Assembly: GCA_024704765.1 (NCBI GenBank) | Contig: JAKMXF010000122.1 | Coordinates: 457,068-521,067, forward strand | DNA: 64,000 bases | Source of the DNA: Oopsacas minuta | Taxonomy: Eukaryota > Animalia > Porifera | Direction: 5' to 3' | Part shown: one piece after another, positions 63,025-64,000 of the stretch | Position numbering within the stretch: the first letter of the stretch is position 1 | Layout of the letters: every line of letters begins with the position of its first letter | The notes under the pieces: model-generated | Database searches by the model: none | Told to the model about the DNA's origin: nothing | What the model saw: only the letters and a program-made list of their open reading frames with translations | Position numbers and translations under genes: made by a program

Positions 63025-63221
63025 CTGATGAGGACCATCAGAAACTTCTATAACTAAGGAAAAACTTGAAATTGCTTCAAAGTCAAGTGCAGTAGCTGAA
63101 ATAGTTACAATACCTGACGAATCAATAATAAATGAGTTGTTCGTGTTACCGGAACTAATTGAATAAGTAATGGTTCCCACTGTATCAATATCTTGAATGT
63201 TCACGTCAAATACTTCAGTAC
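63025..63221 (-). CDS. Cadherin exon 1 in window (197 nt; upstream exons lie beyond the window)
   Basis: tttcatacag|GT ACT GAA...CAT CAG|gttagt. Encodes TEVFDVNIQDIDTVGTITYSI...LDFEAISSF...SDGPHQ, joining in phase 0 to ASSTLTIT. Confidence 0.9.
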
Positions 63222-63819
63222 CTGTATGAAATAAATATGTACAAATAGAACGAAATTAATATGAATAGGTATACGGTTTAACCCCATAAATAGGAAGGTG
63301 GTTATACGAGTTCCAGATGAATATTATGGGTGTTCAAACATCCCCCTCATAACCGGTTTCAAAATGGGATATGTCGAGATTTCTAATTCGATTGTTTTAA
63401 TTAGTGAAGAGCTATTGGAATCATATTTACAGAATCCTATCTAATTTTCACAAATATTCTTTCAATGAGTTTTCCAGGAGATATCCTAGAAAACTGCAGA
63501 TGACTAATGTACTAGCGACTAAATTCGTTTTCACTAAATAGTGTAAATATAATTACGTAACAAAATTATCATGTTAGCTAAGCATAAACATCTAAACAAC
63601 TACAACTGCACAATATTACACTCCTCCTACTATGTGGCAAGAATAGCTGTACATCTATGTTTAAGCGTCTAAAATTCAAAGGTTTTTCTGGGAGTTGCCG
63701 CAAGACCAACCCTTACAGTCGTTGGCTTCGCACGCTCCAGAGCACTCCGTTCACGATAATCCTCGATAACCACAGAAATTCTTCGCTATAATTGAAAGAA
63801 TAGTGAATGAACGTAATAT

Positions 63820-64000
63820 TAAGGCAACTCAGGGATGCAAAAATAGTTAACAAATATGACTTATTTTTGTGTTCGCACATATTTTTTGATGGAATTTCCT
63901 CGATGTTCTAGAATTGATTTTTAACGTTGGTTTTACGGCGAATATCACACAAAGATTTTTTAACGATTGTTTATGAAAATGAAGATCATCTTTTCGGTAT
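63820..64000. repeat. Partial G-family MITE core running off the right edge
   Basis: Matches 30660-30800 and 53880-54030 (ttgtgttcgca...gatggaatt...atgaaaatgaagatcatctttt). Confidence 0.75.

Noticed and set aside
1-64000. Antisense orientation bias of transposases relative to the cadherin gene
   Set aside because: About 13 on + versus 8 on -. The four best-preserved elements are all on +, but the numbers are too small to support a bias.
1-64000. Naming the host as a glass sponge and giving the cadherin a gene symbol
   Set aside because: The transposon mix and base composition recall such genomes, but nothing here is diagnostic, and orthology cannot be fixed without the terminal domains.

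Overview
This is AT-rich animal genomic DNA. It contains part of one large multi-exon cadherin gene on the minus strand, whose introns are filled with DNA-transposon relics. I reconstructed 8 in-phase GT-AG exons by hand: 63025-63221, 52167-52514, 51889-52102, 50093-50211, 34911-35117, 31152-31385, a 4029-nt exon at 25727-29755, and 18086-18327. Together they give 5590 nt (about 1860 aa) with 17 DxND-type linkers. No signal peptide, transmembrane segment or cytoplasmic tail lies in the window. The last repeats resemble the membrane-proximal end of CDH23/Cad87A-type cadherins (inference). The introns hold four DD37D maT copies (one fully intact), DD34D mariners, DD34E Tc1s, a DD37E relic, several hATs and hAT MITEs with exact 8-bp TSDs, and a Chapaev3-like element. 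They also hold an AT-TSD MITE family, Penelope/LINE fragments, a 178-bp spacer-less palindrome, and a foldback family with long inverted arms linked to a NOF-like MULE transposase that may carry an N-terminal KilA-N-like domain. I found no rRNA, tRNA or CRISPR array. The host species cannot be determined from this sequence. All alignments and translations were done by eye, so relic boundaries are approximate unless a TIR or TSD is quoted.
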